In this document: piece after piece, positions 35,587 through 47,889 of the stretch
Numbering within the stretch: the first letter of the stretch is position 1
Layout of the letters: each line of letters starts with the position of its first letter
Assembly (NCBI GenBank): GCA_030295235.1
Contig: AP026134.1
Span: 1-64,000 of the forward strand
Length of the DNA stretch: 64,000 nt
Direction: 5' to 3'
Source of the DNA: Fistulifera solaris
Lineage: Eukaryota
Made by a program: the position numbers and the translations under genes
Notes under the pieces: model-generated
Told to the model about the DNA's origin: nothing
What the model saw: the letters and a program-made list of their open reading frames with translations, nothing else
Database searches by the model: none

Positions 35587-36138
35587 GATTCTAGGAGTTC
35601 TGGAAATTGTAGAGACCCTTGAAAAGAAAACAAACAAATGAAATAGTTTTGATTCAGTGAATGAAGGGATTTTAAGGGATGTAAAATCGAACCTGTGAGT
35701 TTCTTCGTGGCTAAGGATATCCAGTGGGCTGTTGAAGAGACGAAACACTCGTTCCTTTGGTCTGGTTTTTCTTTTTCTTGTTGTCGTCGTTGTTGCTTGA
35801 CACTCATTTGTTCGCCCCCAAGATACTTGTACGTTTGGCATGCGACGATCGCGAGCTTTGAAACTTCAACTGGCGACGCCTGGCGGATGGACAGATGTCA
35901 ACATTTACTATGTGAGTTGAAGAACTAAGTAGGTCTCAGTACTTTCTCTACAGAAGGACATCCATCCGTCGTCCGATCCTTGAGTCGTCGAACGTCGACG
36001 TCGCGAACTCTTTCTTCGCCGCATTGTCCGCTGTGTCTATTTTTCAGACACATCTATCCACCTAGGGCGTTCGAAACTACTCAATTGAATAATTGTAATA
36101 GGATACTAGTAGTATAGTTGTAGTATTTACAAATGAGC

Positions 36139-37312
36139 CTAATGCTCCCAGGTCCGATACAATTGCTGCGCAAGCTCTCCCAATCGAGCATGACGATAGT
36201 CTTCGCCGACAGGAAGTGCAATGCGTTGTTTCGTCTCGGCCGAGACTTGTGCCAAAACTTGCAAAACACGAATGGCCTGACACGCTTCGTGGGGTTTCTC
36301 GTGTCCCAAGGAAATCTCATTAACGAGGCTGGCCAAGAGTGAATCGCCGAGCAATGCATCGCGGCACTTGGATGATTCGAGGTTCGGATGCAACGACTCC
36401 AAACAGTTGGCGATGACCGTCATGGCAGCTCGATGCATTTGACATTCATTCGATCGTTCCATTTCATAATCGTTATTTGCTGAAAGTGGGGCAAACGAGA
36501 GTAAAAAGTCAAACACTTCGTTGTTTCCAAATATCATTTCCGCTGCCGAAGGACTGCCTTGACTCATTTGCGAGAGCGATTCGAGCGCCATGAGTTGCGC
36601 ATCCAATGATCCTTGTCTCATCAATGAGATTGCAATCTCAATGCCTTCGTTGATGTAAGATTGTTGCTCTTCTTCACTGACGCGAGGAAGGCATTTTGGT
36701 AACGGAAGTGGTCTCGCTGCGGTTGCCGGAAGCCCCTTGGCACTGCGGAGGACGCATTTCGCGAGTTGATGAAAGGAAAACGAGCATCCGCAATATCTTT
36801 GTGCTTCTACAATGAGACATTCATCGTCTGTTTGAAAGAATCGCATCATGAATTCAACGTGATCGACGGATTCGCATGCAATCGTGACCTTTTGAAGGAA
36901 ATACACAGATGGGCAAAGTGAGTTAGCAAGTCCCTACGTTCGTTCGTTCGTCTACATGTGACTCCGGAAAGCCGTATCTCCGTAGAGTATGACTCACCTC
37001 CTTGTGATCGTAAACCGTAGCAATCGATTCATGATCGAGAATAGCCGATACACGTGAAATGACTTCTTCTGCAGTAGCATCATGAATTCGGACATGCGTG
37101 CGTTCGAGGAAATAATCATCCGGGAACGCCGGAAAGCGCGCAATGTCCTTCGATGAAATTTTGTTGACGGGAGTTGTATGAAATTTCGTCTCCGAAGACA
37201 CTTTGAGGGGCGTTAAGGGTTGCATCAAAGGCATCAACGGAGGTGAAACGAGCGCTACACTCCTCATTTTAGGAGAGTCCTCCACGATCTTTCTTGGATC
37301 GTTTGTACTCAT
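36139..37312 (-). CDS. Hypothetical protein with KA1-like domain plus ARM-like helices (intron 36889-36997)
   Basis: Splicing GAG|GTGAGT...AAAG|GTC keeps the frame. FMMRFF...LIVEAQRYCGCSFSF is KA1-like, and the C-terminal half is helical. Confidence 0.75.
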
Positions 37313-38058
37313 TTGTTGTTTCTTATTGCCTTGTTAGTGCGACAGTGTTTGTGTTACTTTTCGTAAAATAAATAATACAATCGTATTGACTACCTCACAA
37401 GAAACAGTTGACTTTTGATTGCTTCGTGTTTTTGAAGATGCTCGTAGTATTCGCGTTGTTTTTTACTCGTGGTGGCTCGTCGCCGGTGAGGGAAGTGAGC
37501 CGATCGTTGCCGCAAGTCGTGGAGGCCTTCGGCGAAAAGGTAAAATCACGCATGTCGTTTGCTTCTCTATTTTCGTTAAGTGTCGAGGGCTTTACTGTAA
37601 CACGAAAAAGTTGTCAGCCGCTGCTTTCTGTCCCATATTTGAATGGGCAATGAATTCGTGGGAAGCAATGAAACTGTCGAGTCGCAGATCCTGGAAGATC
37701 CTCGATGGGATTGCGAACCTCGGATACCGAACAAAGCGATCTCAAGTACACTTGCGCTTAGAGCAGATATTCTTCATTTAACGTCCCGGATGGATGATTC
37801 GACTATTATCTATTAAATTACTTTAAAAGGCAGAGGGTCAAGAACACGGAGTACAACTAGATCGATAGCTATTTCGATACCACGGACCAAAGTCTCTAAA
37901 TGTGGGTCATGTGCATAATCGAATCCGATTTAACGGTCCACGTCAGGCCACGCACCCTCGCCACACATTATTCTATACTAACCTTAAGATTCTTAGTGCG
38001 GAATCACGCGCAGGCGAACCGAGCGAGCGAGCAGCGCGAGAGCAGCGTGAGGGGGTGA

Positions 38059-38302
38059 GGCCATTTCTAAGGGGCATTTAACTTGGGAACGGCGTTAAAA
38101 TTCTGCCTCGTCGTAGACGCTATGTAGAATCTTGTACAGGGAGGCAGAATTTTAACGTCCTTCCCTTGGAAGTTTCGTATTTCCTACTTTCGTATCTCGC
38201 GTGCTTCCACACTTGCCCAATTTTCCCAAACGGGAGAGAAATGAAAAATAGAAATACGAAACCACGAAACTTCCGGTTAAAAATGGCTTTGAGAAATGGC
38301 CC
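38059..38302. mobile_element. MITE, PIF/Harbinger (Tourist)-like, 244 bp
   Basis: TIRs GGCCATTTCT... / ...AGAAATGGCCC extend imperfectly to about 25 bp. TGA flanks both sides (38056-38058 and 38303-38305). Two internal inverted repeats; no convincing coding capacity. Confidence 0.7.
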
Positions 38303-39273
38303 TGACGGACAACCGTCCGTCGGCCGACAATACAACAACCAGTACTTCCCACCGTTTCTCTATTAGTACTCCGTATTATTATTTATTTCACTCCACCATC
38401 CATTCATCATGAAAGCGATGGGAAGCGTACCTGAATATTGAATGTGCGACGGCTTTCATAAGTATGCAGCTCTGACATGATCATGTCGGATGCGTACCTC
38501 GGCCTCGATGGATAGACATCCTGTCCTAGCAATGGTAAGTGATCGGCACGATTTATACCTTTTTTCGGTCGACCTTCCGGCTGCAAAGTTTCCTATGACG
38601 AGTCATCAACAACAATTACCATCTTTCGACTGATTGGAGCTTCACAAGCTTCATGAAAGAGCATCTATCCATGTTAACCGAGGATATTTGATTCGGCTGA
38701 TTGACACGTGTGTTTCTTATCAAAGGTAACTAACTCACTTCTCAATCTTCCAGATCTCGCTTACTGCCTCAATTGTCAAATGTGTAACACTATAAACAGA
38801 ATAATGAGCAGACTGTTAGTTGAGAAAAATAGAAGAGCATTTCCTACTGCATGCACAACAAGTGATGAGTGGCGCCTTTCGTCAGCAAAGATTAGGGATG
38901 AAAAACCGCAATGAATATTGTTTCGTGGGGTAGTCGCTTTTTTTGTAAAGAAAGGCTCACTTTGCTTTGTCAATTGCGCATAGCCTTCCGGGTTAGTAAC
39001 TATTGAACTGGTGATTTATCATCGAAGATGATGATTATTTGCCATTCAATTTCTCTTTACCTCACGATGACTAACCTGTTTTATTGGTGATGTGTGATGT
39101 CGTATCGTGTATGCAGTGTCCATCATAAAGAAGGTGGAATGCCTCGCCAAACGTGCTTTCGGCGTTCGCGGTTTCTTTTCTTTCAACGAAACCACAGCAT
39201 CATCTATCATCTCACTAACCTTCAACACCTCACTTCTTGATCCTATCCTTATCAGTTCTTTCGTTCTAGAACA

Positions 39274-40572
39274 ATGAATCCTTCCGTAGAACTTCCCGAC
39301 TGGGTCTCATTGTCCATATTGCCACCCGATCGAGTCACAAAACGTTGCAAACGCGCCGATGTGGTCCATGGTATGCAACAGCTTTCGCTCGAGCACCAAT
39401 TCTTGCCCAGTTTCTTGTTCGAGCATCGCAAAGAAGATGTACACACTTGTTTAATTCGGATTTTGAGCGTCGGAAATGAACAGGATGATGCACAACAACA
39501 GGAATGGATTCATCGGCAAGTGCGACACATCCTGGCTTCCTCCAAGAATAGGCACTTTGCTACAAACACATTGAGAAGAACGACGCCTTTACATGTGGCG
39601 CTTCGAAACTACGGAAGTTTTCGAGCACTCTTACAAACGTTGATCGAGGCGGATCCGGCCATGCTGTCCCAGTCCGATGACACGGGGGAATATCCGATCC
39701 ATACGGCCTGTCGTATAGGAATTCCTCTTGAAAATCTACAGCTCTTGCTGTCGCACATGACATCGAACGCATCGCTGGGTTCGCCAAACCATCGTGGATG
39801 GACCGCTTTTGATTTGGCGTGGATACGATATTTGGAGATCGACGACATTGGTACTTTGTTGCAACGACACGATATTGGTGGTAATAGTATAGCCAACCAA
39901 CGACTTTCGCGACTCTTTGCGAACTTATTAACCGAGACCATAAACCATATCCTACAATCGGAGCATAGGGACTCGGCCATGACGGCCGTGGCGCCTCTGC
40001 TGAAGGTGATTTCGTGTCTGTTACAAGCGTCGGTGACAAACCCGGATGATCGGAGCGAAGAATCACAGCAGTATCTGATTCACCAGGCCTTTCAGGCGGT
40101 TTCGTGTTGGGATGGGTTACCTCTGCTACCGCTTCCCATCATAAAGCTCATGTTTGTCCAATATCAGCACCAAATTGAGTGGGCGGACCACAATGGAAAG
40201 TTGCCGTTGCATTATGCTGTATCGATTAGACCGCGGCCGACCAAACAAGTGAGAAGTATTCCCCAAGCGGATTTGAGACTATATGTTCGAGAAGTTTTGA
40301 ACCAAAATCCACATGCTTGTTTGGTCAAAGATGCGGTAGGAAGACTCCCCATTCACTACTGCCTCGATAATAGGCACAATGATACATGCGAAAGTTTTTA
40401 CTTGATTGTGAAAGATGTCTTGTTGGCATGTCCCGTCGCAATCGAAATAGTCGATCCAGTATCCTGTCTCTATCCATTCATGATGGCGGCGACCGATTCT
40501 AACCTGTCTTTGGAGTTGGTGTACATGATGTTACGATTCCATCCACAATGTCTCCCATCCTCCGTTCACTAA
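39274..40572 (+). CDS. Ankyrin-repeat-like protein (432 aa)
   Basis: Repeated TPLHVAL, GEYPIHTAC, GWTAFDLA, GKLPLHYAV, GRLPIHYC and LYPFMMAA. Confidence 0.88.
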   Translation: MNPSVELPDWVSLSILPPDRVTKRCKRADVVHGMQQLSLEHQFLPSFLFEHRKEDVHTCLIRILSVGNEQDDAQQQEWIHRQVRHILASSKNRHFATNTLRRTTPLHVALRNYGSFRALLQTLIEADPAMLSQSDDTGEYPIHTACRIGIPLENLQLLLSHMTSNASLGSPNHRGWTAFDLAWIRYLEIDDIGTLLQRHDIGGNSIANQRLSRLFANLLTETINHILQSEHRDSAMTAVAPLLKVISCLLQASVTNPDDRSEESQQYLIHQAFQAVSCWDGLPLLPLPIIKLMFVQYQHQIEWADHNGKLPLHYAVSIRPRPTKQVRSIPQADLRLYVREVLNQNPHACLVKDAVGRLPIHYCLDNRHNDTCESFYLIVKDVLLACPVAIEIVDPVSCLYPFMMAATDSNLSLELVYMMLRFHPQCLPSSVH

Positions 40573-40615
40573 TTGAATCAATAAATTCGTTCGCTCTATA
40601 GAAAATATTTATTAT

Positions 40616-42613
40616 CTAAGAACAGGCTTCATAGAAAAGTAAATACGCTTGACAGCGACGTACTTCATTCCACGTTACTGGCCTCACCGTCAAATCCGAA
40701 GTATAATGCCACTGCCCCGAACTAGGATTACGTCGATAACACACGTAATGCCCATAGAAGGCATTGCCTTGGTGCTCAATCACCGAAGTTAGACGATAAG
40801 GAATAGGACGACACCGCTCTTGTGATACGAATCCTTCCGAGAACGAGATACCTCCATGGGCACAGTACGGTGCCACATCCAAGACTTCCGGAAACACTAC
40901 ATGCTGGGACGTCTTGGTCATTCGATTGGTATAGGGATCGTAGTACCGACGTTGCACATGAATCGTCAAGACCGCCGGCAAACGCGTCAACAACATTCGT
41001 TTCAACGCGGTTCCGCGACTAATCGGAATTGAGTCGTTGTACCAGTAAAACTCTTCGGAACACAAAACATCCTCCAGGGGAGCATCATCGTCGGGATCGA
41101 TCGAATGGATGGCTCGTAACTTTGCGGTCGCTTGATCCAGTTCTTGTTGCAAATGATGCAAATGTTCTGGACCTCTTTTGGACGATTGCGATTCCATCGC
41201 TTGTTGGAACATAAGGATATCTTCCATCAATTCTGTCTTCTTTTCTTGAATCGTACAGGAACGACACTCCACATCTTGCACCACTTCCACTGCCGCAAAT
41301 TCCGCCAAGCAGTCTTCCAAACGACACGGCGGTGTGTGCTGATTTGTGGATGACTTTTCGACGCGTGATGGCTGCAAGGATTGCGACACTTCCAACGGTA
41401 CAACCGGAATGGAATGGATCGGTGTATTGTGAATGGGTCTCCGATGCTGACATGTACGACATTTCAAGGCAGATCCTACCCAACAACTCATGGGCGATGC
41501 TGACGTAGTAGTGCTCATACAACGCATGGCGGTCGAAAACGAATGAATTGGGGATGTCATCTTGTTTTCATCATCATTTTCTTCTTCTTTGCTGGCTTTC
41601 GTGTGCACCATCGCCATGTCCTCTTCCGAATCGATACGAGGAATAAATACATCAAATTCTAAATCGTCTTGTTTCTTTTCTTCTCCTTTGAGAGGAAATC
41701 TCCGAACTGCACCATCCTCTCGATGAGCCATCTCGGTCGGTTCTGATAAACGACAACTCGAAACGACGGTATCGTCTTCCCATTCCGAGTCCTGCAATGG
41801 CCGAAAGGTCGTCCATTCCTCGGCTTCCTTTCCCAAACAATTCAACAATATTTGTAACAATTCTTCCGCATCCTGTGGATGTTTTCCGATCGGTCCTGCC
41901 GCCCGAAAGGGTGCATGATGCTGTGCCACGTCTTGCAAAATTCCACGAACGTCCGGTGTTTCTGCCGAGGAACCATGAAGGTACTGCACGACGTGCCACA
42001 GTCGGCCCGTGAGCGATGGATTCGTTGGTTCATACCGTTGTTGATTCCATTCGACGAGACGTTGCAAATACATTTGAAAGCTTTCTAACGATGCCAGTGA
42101 TTGCAATACCGTATTCAAGTAACACGTTTGACCATAATTCCGCAATCCTTTCACTTCCGATGATGAGGAAGACACCGACGGATGATAATTTTCTACGAAC
42201 GATATGAAGTGCTTCCGCCGCGGATACAAAAATTGTTGCATTACAATGGAAAGGAACGGTTTTGACCATAAGAAGACAAAGGATAACATCCAACTCATCC
42301 AGGGTGATAGGATGGCGTCTTCACTCCGCAGGTTGGTGAGTATTGCCCGCCGTGAAAACGAGGATGAAACGTTGTTTGTTCGAATGCGTCGTTTCGACGT
42401 CATTTGGATGGGCACTTCTTCGAAACTGGAAAACCGTGGCTGTCGTTGTTGTTGTTGTTGTTGCATCATGATAGGAGGAGGCAATATGATTGTTTCTGGA
42501 TCGTCCAATAAAATAGCCCGATTGGAGATTTTCGGGGTCGCTTCTTCGACGACGACTGTCTTTTGTTTGTCATTTCTTGTTGTTGCAGGATGATGATTCA
42601 TTATTTTGTTCAT
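40616..42613 (-). CDS. Ubiquitin-specific protease (C19), USP30/UBP27-like with N-terminal TM
   Basis: Cys box GLRNYGQTCYLNTVLQ, QDAEE, CxxC pairs, LPAVLTIHVQR, His box HQGNAFYGHYVCYR, SD and AYLLFYE. Hydrophobic segment WMSWMLSFVFLW. Confidence 0.93.
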   Translation of the reverse strand: MNKIMNHHPATTRNDKQKTVVVEEATPKISNRAILLDDPETIILPPPIMMQQQQQQRQPRFSSFEEVPIQMTSKRRIRTNNVSSSFSRRAILTNLRSEDAILSPWMSWMLSFVFLWSKPFLSIVMQQFLYPRRKHFISFVENYHPSVSSSSSEVKGLRNYGQTCYLNTVLQSLASLESFQMYLQRLVEWNQQRYEPTNPSLTGRLWHVVQYLHGSSAETPDVRGILQDVAQHHAPFRAAGPIGKHPQDAEELLQILLNCLGKEAEEWTTFRPLQDSEWEDDTVVSSCRLSEPTEMAHREDGAVRRFPLKGEEKKQDDLEFDVFIPRIDSEEDMAMVHTKASKEEENDDENKMTSPIHSFSTAMRCMSTTTSASPMSCWVGSALKCRTCQHRRPIHNTPIHSIPVVPLEVSQSLQPSRVEKSSTNQHTPPCRLEDCLAEFAAVEVVQDVECRSCTIQEKKTELMEDILMFQQAMESQSSKRGPEHLHHLQQELDQATAKLRAIHSIDPDDDAPLEDVLCSEEFYWYNDSIPISRGTALKRMLLTRLPAVLTIHVQRRYYDPYTNRMTKTSQHVVFPEVLDVAPYCAHGGISFSEGFVSQERCRPIPYRLTSVIEHQGNAFYGHYVCYRRNPSSGQWHYTSDLTVRPVTWNEVRRCQAYLLFYEACS

Positions 42614-43079
42614 TCTGTATATTGTATACTATTTTCCTTTCCTAATTGCAACTTACTTACACGTAATAACAATCGCTTTGATTCTAATTCTATTCTATAA
42701 TACTACGTATTATTTCCTTCTATTTCTTTCGCTTCTTGTGAACGAAGGAACGAACGAACGAATGAACGACGATAAATGAGCACCTCTCAACTCTCAAAAG
42801 CCGTGTGTTGGGTGTGTTGTGTAGTGTTGCGAATATCACTACGTGTCACCACGTACGGTGTGACGGACTTTTGACCTACGCGTCATGCATTAATGTTGAT
42901 CTAATATACCCAAATACTATCCTAGCTCGTTTTCAACAAACAGGAGCAACAAAGAAAAACAAACTAACGAGCCAAGAGTTGTATCAAGTAGAGCCTATTG
43001 CTTATTGATGTATTCCTAAAAACAAACTAAGTGAACAATATCCTAATTAGACTCACCAAGCATTCTCCTTCTCTCGATC

Positions 43080-43820
43080 TTACAATTTTGCAATTCCGGC
43101 CAAGACTTGTTCTTTGTGACCGGGCGAAACACATTGCTTTCCATAATAAACATCACACAAGGCCTTGGTTAAGGTGAGAGAATGAATGGTACCGACTCCC
43201 CCGGTGGGATTTTTGAACAACAACGTGTCGCCGCGAATCGTCATTTCCACTTCGGCACCCGGAATCAATTCCACTGGCGGCATGAGTTTTTGAAAGGCTT
43301 CGAGTTTGTCTAAATCGACTCCCATCATGCGGGGTTGTAAGGCTTCGACAATGGCGGCCGTGAATTTTTCCGAACTCAAATTGCGATTGAGAATGATTTT
43401 GATGGTCCGCGGATACGTGGGATCCAAGAGAGCTTCTTCGACCGCCGCCGGGGAGTGTTTGACGGCACCGAGAGCGACGGGATCGACGTATGTGGCGACA
43501 GCATAAACTTTGACGAATCCGTATTTCACACGGACACCACAGCCGGCAAAGAACATTCCATTGCACAATTGCGGAAACAAAATACCGGTCGCCGCTTCTT
43601 TGATGGGTGTTCCGGCCGATATAATATCACAGCTAGTCCTATACAATGTCGGAGAAAGAATAGAGTTGTAGTAGCTGTCGGGATTGGTTTGCCACGCGAC
43701 GACTGCCATGGTCGAAACTCCGGCGGCAGCGAGCCATAATTGGTTGTGGTTGTTATGACGAAACGCCGACGAGTGCAAGAATTTTCGTCCCAAAAATCGA
43801 GTACTACGAGCCGTAAACAT
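43080..43820 (-). CDS. Chalcone-isomerase-fold protein (FAP/AIM18-like), probably mitochondrial
   Basis: EAATGILFP, GCGVRVK..VKVYAVATY and ALCDVYYG...VSP. Arg-rich presequence. Confidence 0.88.
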   Translation of the reverse strand: MFTARSTRFLGRKFLHSSAFRHNNHNQLWLAAAGVSTMAVVAWQTNPDSYYNSILSPTLYRTSCDIISAGTPIKEAATGILFPQLCNGMFFAGCGVRVKYGFVKVYAVATYVDPVALGAVKHSPAAVEEALLDPTYPRTIKIILNRNLSSEKFTAAIVEALQPRMMGVDLDKLEAFQKLMPPVELIPGAEVEMTIRGDTLLFKNPTGGVGTIHSLTLTKALCDVYYGKQCVSPGHKEQVLAGIAKL

Positions 43821-44268
43821 GATGAATGAACAAAGGAATGATAACGGAATGACAATGTATTAGAAAGAAGACAAGAGCAACCGAAGGAGAAGCTTCTTTG
43901 CTTTCAATATTATTATGTCAAGAAACATACATAGAAAAGCGAAAAAAGGATCTCGTCGTGGTTACATACTAGTAGCATGCTTCGCCGTATCTTTTGGTTG
44001 CGCCGTATTGACACGTTTCTTCGTACTCCGTAGTAAAATACATGAAATGTGAGAGTAGATGTCCGAACGGGATACGAATTATTGTGACGCGGCGTATGTA
44101 TCGTGACCGACTCGTTTCGAACTTCCAACTCGTGAGCGCGTCTGTCTGGCATTCCGTTTTGTCTACTTCCACGAAAACAACCACCATTTTTTCACAATGA
44201 TTGAAAACACGTCTCCAATTGTTACGACAAAATTGGTTCATGATTCTGAATTTGCTTTCAACAGGAGG

Positions 44269-46855
44269 ATGATCGGTAGTCGAACGAGATGTATAGCGCG
44301 TGTGTTGACAAGTTGCAGAAGCCGTCGAAGGCCTCGACCCTCATCTTGGTCGACAATAACCTCATCGCCCTTTTCTACCGTTTCTACGTTTCTTCTTTTC
44401 GAGAAAAGAGGCTTCTCGAGGAGTCGATTCTGCCTCCCATTTACAACAACAACAACAACAACAACAACAACAGCAACAACGACAACAACACCCAATTCTA
44501 TCTCCTCGGACGATTTTCTGACGCACGTGAGTGCTCAACTTCCCTCACATCGTGCGATACATTCTTCACGAAAATCCGTCATTACAATTTCGATGGCAAC
44601 AAGAAGTTTCGCATCTTCATCGGAGACATCACAAGCCACAACAAGAAGCTTCCGCTACAATACGGTATCGTCTTGATGAATGGCAGCAATGGTGTTGCCA
44701 GGCTGTTTGGGAGGTTATGGATGACAATTCATGGCATAAAGGATATGGACAATGGCTTGAGAAACTACCATCAGACTGTTACGACGATACTACTATGATT
44801 GATTCCGTTTCAATTCAAGATGCAATTATCGCTCTGACACCGAAAGCCGATATGCTAGAGGGACTGTCGTACGCTACTACAGCGATTTTTAGGAATGATG
44901 CCGACATTATAACGAGCCATCAAGAACGCAAACAGGCACTGTTCAACGCCTTGGCTTTGTTGAGAGTCATGACACCATCGGATTGGGGGCAACTTGAGGA
45001 ATTTGAGGAAGAAATAGATTGCAACACCGATACGGATTTGGTTGGGACGGAAATTGCGACAAAGGAGGAGGAGACACTCCACTCCGAAGACATTCCCGAT
45101 GACGTTTTCATTGAGCAATTGCATACTTTTTCTAAACAAACCGATATAGTAACGGACGACCGTAATTTGTTGTTGGTACGTTTGGCTTTGGCATTGGATT
45201 TGGAACGCGACGATGTGGCTGCTCTATTAATGCACGAATTCTCGAAAATGGGTCAGTCGTCAACCCCGGATGCAGTGTCGTACGAGATTCTACTGTGTGC
45301 ACTCGTGCATCGTCTGCAACAATTCGATCCTGCCACGCAAGTGGTAGAACACATGATACAGAATCATTCCCTGTGGACACCGGAATGTTTGTCCGCCGCC
45401 ATGCATGCTTTTAAAGGTCGGGGAATGTGGGATGATGCTTGGGATCTGTTGCAGATGATCTACACGAATCCAACCAGAGAGTTCAAGATGCAAAACAATA
45501 CGTTTCGAATAATGATGGAAATGGCATTATCCGAGCAACGCAGCGATGAAGTATTAAATATTATGGAAATGGCCATGAAGGAAACAAAACGGCGGTCCGA
45601 TACGAATGTCGAAAAAATCCTACTGTTAGGACTCAACTGCTCTTCTACCAAAGACCGACATGCGACCGAGTTTTTGAGCAAAGTCATGACCATTTTGGAA
45701 GAACGCACCATTATGGTCCCCAGTGATCGAGTTTGGCGGCATTTTATTTACGTCGCTTTTGGCAGAAGGCTTCGTAAAGATAAAGTACTTGGTCAGCTGA
45801 TCCGACAAGCATTTCACAAGTGGGCACTGTATACACCATATTTTCGACCGAGCGATGCGTTCGTAAATATTGGGTTGGTCGTCAGCGAAAATCTTCGTGA
45901 TGCAGAGTTTGCCGCGGATCTGGTGTTGCGCTGTTTACGACGAGACGGTCGAAAGGTCGATTCTGCCTCCATTCCCATACTGCAAATCATTCGGGCGATG
46001 AATATTTGCATTGAAAGTGGAGACGTATACAAAGGACGATTGATTTTGGATCGATGCATTTTGCACCCCAACATTCATACGGCAATGAAGCACAAAATGT
46101 ATTCATCAGTGCTGCGAGGATATGCCGAAGCTGGTGATACTATTGAAGCGCGGCAACTTCTTTCCGTAATGGCCGAGTCTTCGATTCCAATCAAGTAAGA
46201 ATCGCTTTTTGGACTGTGCTGTTTTCGGAACGTTAGCACAAGCTCACTCGTTCTTTGTTGGCACGACAGTCAAGACAATCTCGCCGTGATGATACGTGCG
46301 TATGCGGTGCGCAAAGATCTAACTTCCGCCACTTTGTTTTTGGCAGCGGTGGAGGACGGTATATTTGAAGTCGAACCGGACGCTTCGATTTATGGCAGTT
46401 ACATTCTCACTTGTGTTCGTGTGGGCGCCTGGCATGAAGCCATGGACACCTATGCCAAACTGAAAGACCGAGACCTGTTGCCTGCGGCATCCACAGTCTA
46501 TTGTCTCCTATTAGCCGCCAACAAAGTGAATGGCGTGACTTCCACCGAACAGTTTCTGCAGGATATTGTTCAATCGAATGCACATGTCGACATGGCGTGT
46601 TGTTTTCTAGCGTGTTCCCTTCTTCTTTTCCCGAAAGTAGTATCCGTGAACGAACTCCGCACCCAACTCCGTCGTTTGACAGAAAGTGACGAAGCTGTGC
46701 GTGAGGAAAGTCTTCATTTGTTAAAGGAACTACGGATGGCGGAACTGGATCGCGGAGAAAGCTCGGACCGTTCGCGACAAGCCCTCGCGTCGCTTCTTGA
46801 TCTAGTTGGGGCCTTGAATAGGAAATATGATAGTACACAATACTCCGTAGAGTAA
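44269..46855 (+). CDS. PPR-like helical repeat protein, probably mitochondrial (frameshift near 44640; intron 46195-46269)
   Basis: R/S/T-rich transit peptide from ATG 44269. PPR-like units PDAVSYEILL, MYSSVLRGYAEAGD, VMIRAYA and PDASIYGSYI. The AA|GT...AG|T splice keeps the frame. Confidence 0.8.
44443..44490. repeat. (ACA)n trinucleotide microsatellite encoding poly-Thr
   Basis: About 16 imperfect ACA units. Confidence 0.9.
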
Positions 46856-47362
46856 ACACATCTAAGTAATTACGAAATGCTAGCGATCTTAATCTACTAA
46901 TTGCGTGGAATCGTGTGCATAATGATCGATAACTCCCTAGTGGTTCTACCTAGCCCTAGCCCTAGCCCGCAAGTCAGTCCTGTTTACGGACTTCGAACCC
47001 GTGTAGGAAGTCCGGCACACTTTTTATAGACTGTGCCAGCTAAGACATTCGCATAATATGTACTCTCAATGACGTAAGCAGCACATCCTGGGTCTTGGGA
47101 ACGCAACGTCATACGTCATTGATAGTGTGTACCGGTACGTTTCAAACGGATTATGCAGAGAAATATATTTCCTTCGCGGGTCATTTACATCTAAGCAGTA
47201 AACGTGTTTCTGAAACGAATTAGTGGTTTGATCGTTTTTGCGTTCTGTTTCGTTTTTGTGGCTCATTTCTTGCGCGCGCAAGTTCTTGCTCTTCTTCCTC
47301 TACCACAAGAACAAGTAAACTTCTTCATTGTATTTAACTCAACCACCACAAACGAATCAACC

Positions 47363-47734
47363 ATGACCAACGAAAAAAAAGACGCCGTTGAAACCGCCAT
47401 TGACAAATTAAAGCCCGTTTTGTCGAATATCTCGTTTGGTGCGGTCATGGGCTATTGTAGTGGGACAGCGATGAAACAGATTGGTAAAGCCACGGCCTTT
47501 TTGGTCGGTCTCGGCTTTATCGGCTTGCAAGGACTCGCTCATTATGGTTATGTGCAAATTGATTGGATGAAAGTGAAAGAAAGTGCCCAAAAGTCAATTG
47601 ATACTAACGGAAATGGATCCATTGATGCCGAAGACTGGAAAGCGTACTGGAAGTCTTTGAAGAAGATCTTGACGAACAAAGTGCCGGCGGCGGGAGGATT
47701 CAGTCTCGGATTCTTGTACGGATTGCGTTATTAA
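47363..47734 (+). CDS. FUN14: FUN14-domain mitochondrial outer membrane protein
   Basis: ISFGAVMGYCSG...IGK...GLGFIGLQ...GYVQIDW...GGFSLGFLYG. Confidence 0.9.
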   Translation: MTNEKKDAVETAIDKLKPVLSNISFGAVMGYCSGTAMKQIGKATAFLVGLGFIGLQGLAHYGYVQIDWMKVKESAQKSIDTNGNGSIDAEDWKAYWKSLKKILTNKVPAAGGFSLGFLYGLRY

Positions 47735-47889
47735 GATGAGAATTAAATTGTAGTGCTTGTGCATGTTTATGATGATGAAACAGAACGATAATTCAGAAAA
47801 AAGGAACGAAATAGTTTTCAGTTGATCATGAATGAATGTTGCTACTTTCCGTTGTAGTAAATGTTTTCTTTTGAAAAGGCGCTGTTCAT

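Noticed and set aside
46950..47040. CCCTAG x3 followed by a T-arm-like ACGGGTTCGAAGTCCGT on the minus strand and small hairpins; possible tRNA
   Set aside because: No matching acceptor stem, D arm or anticodon arm, so no cloverleaf can be built.
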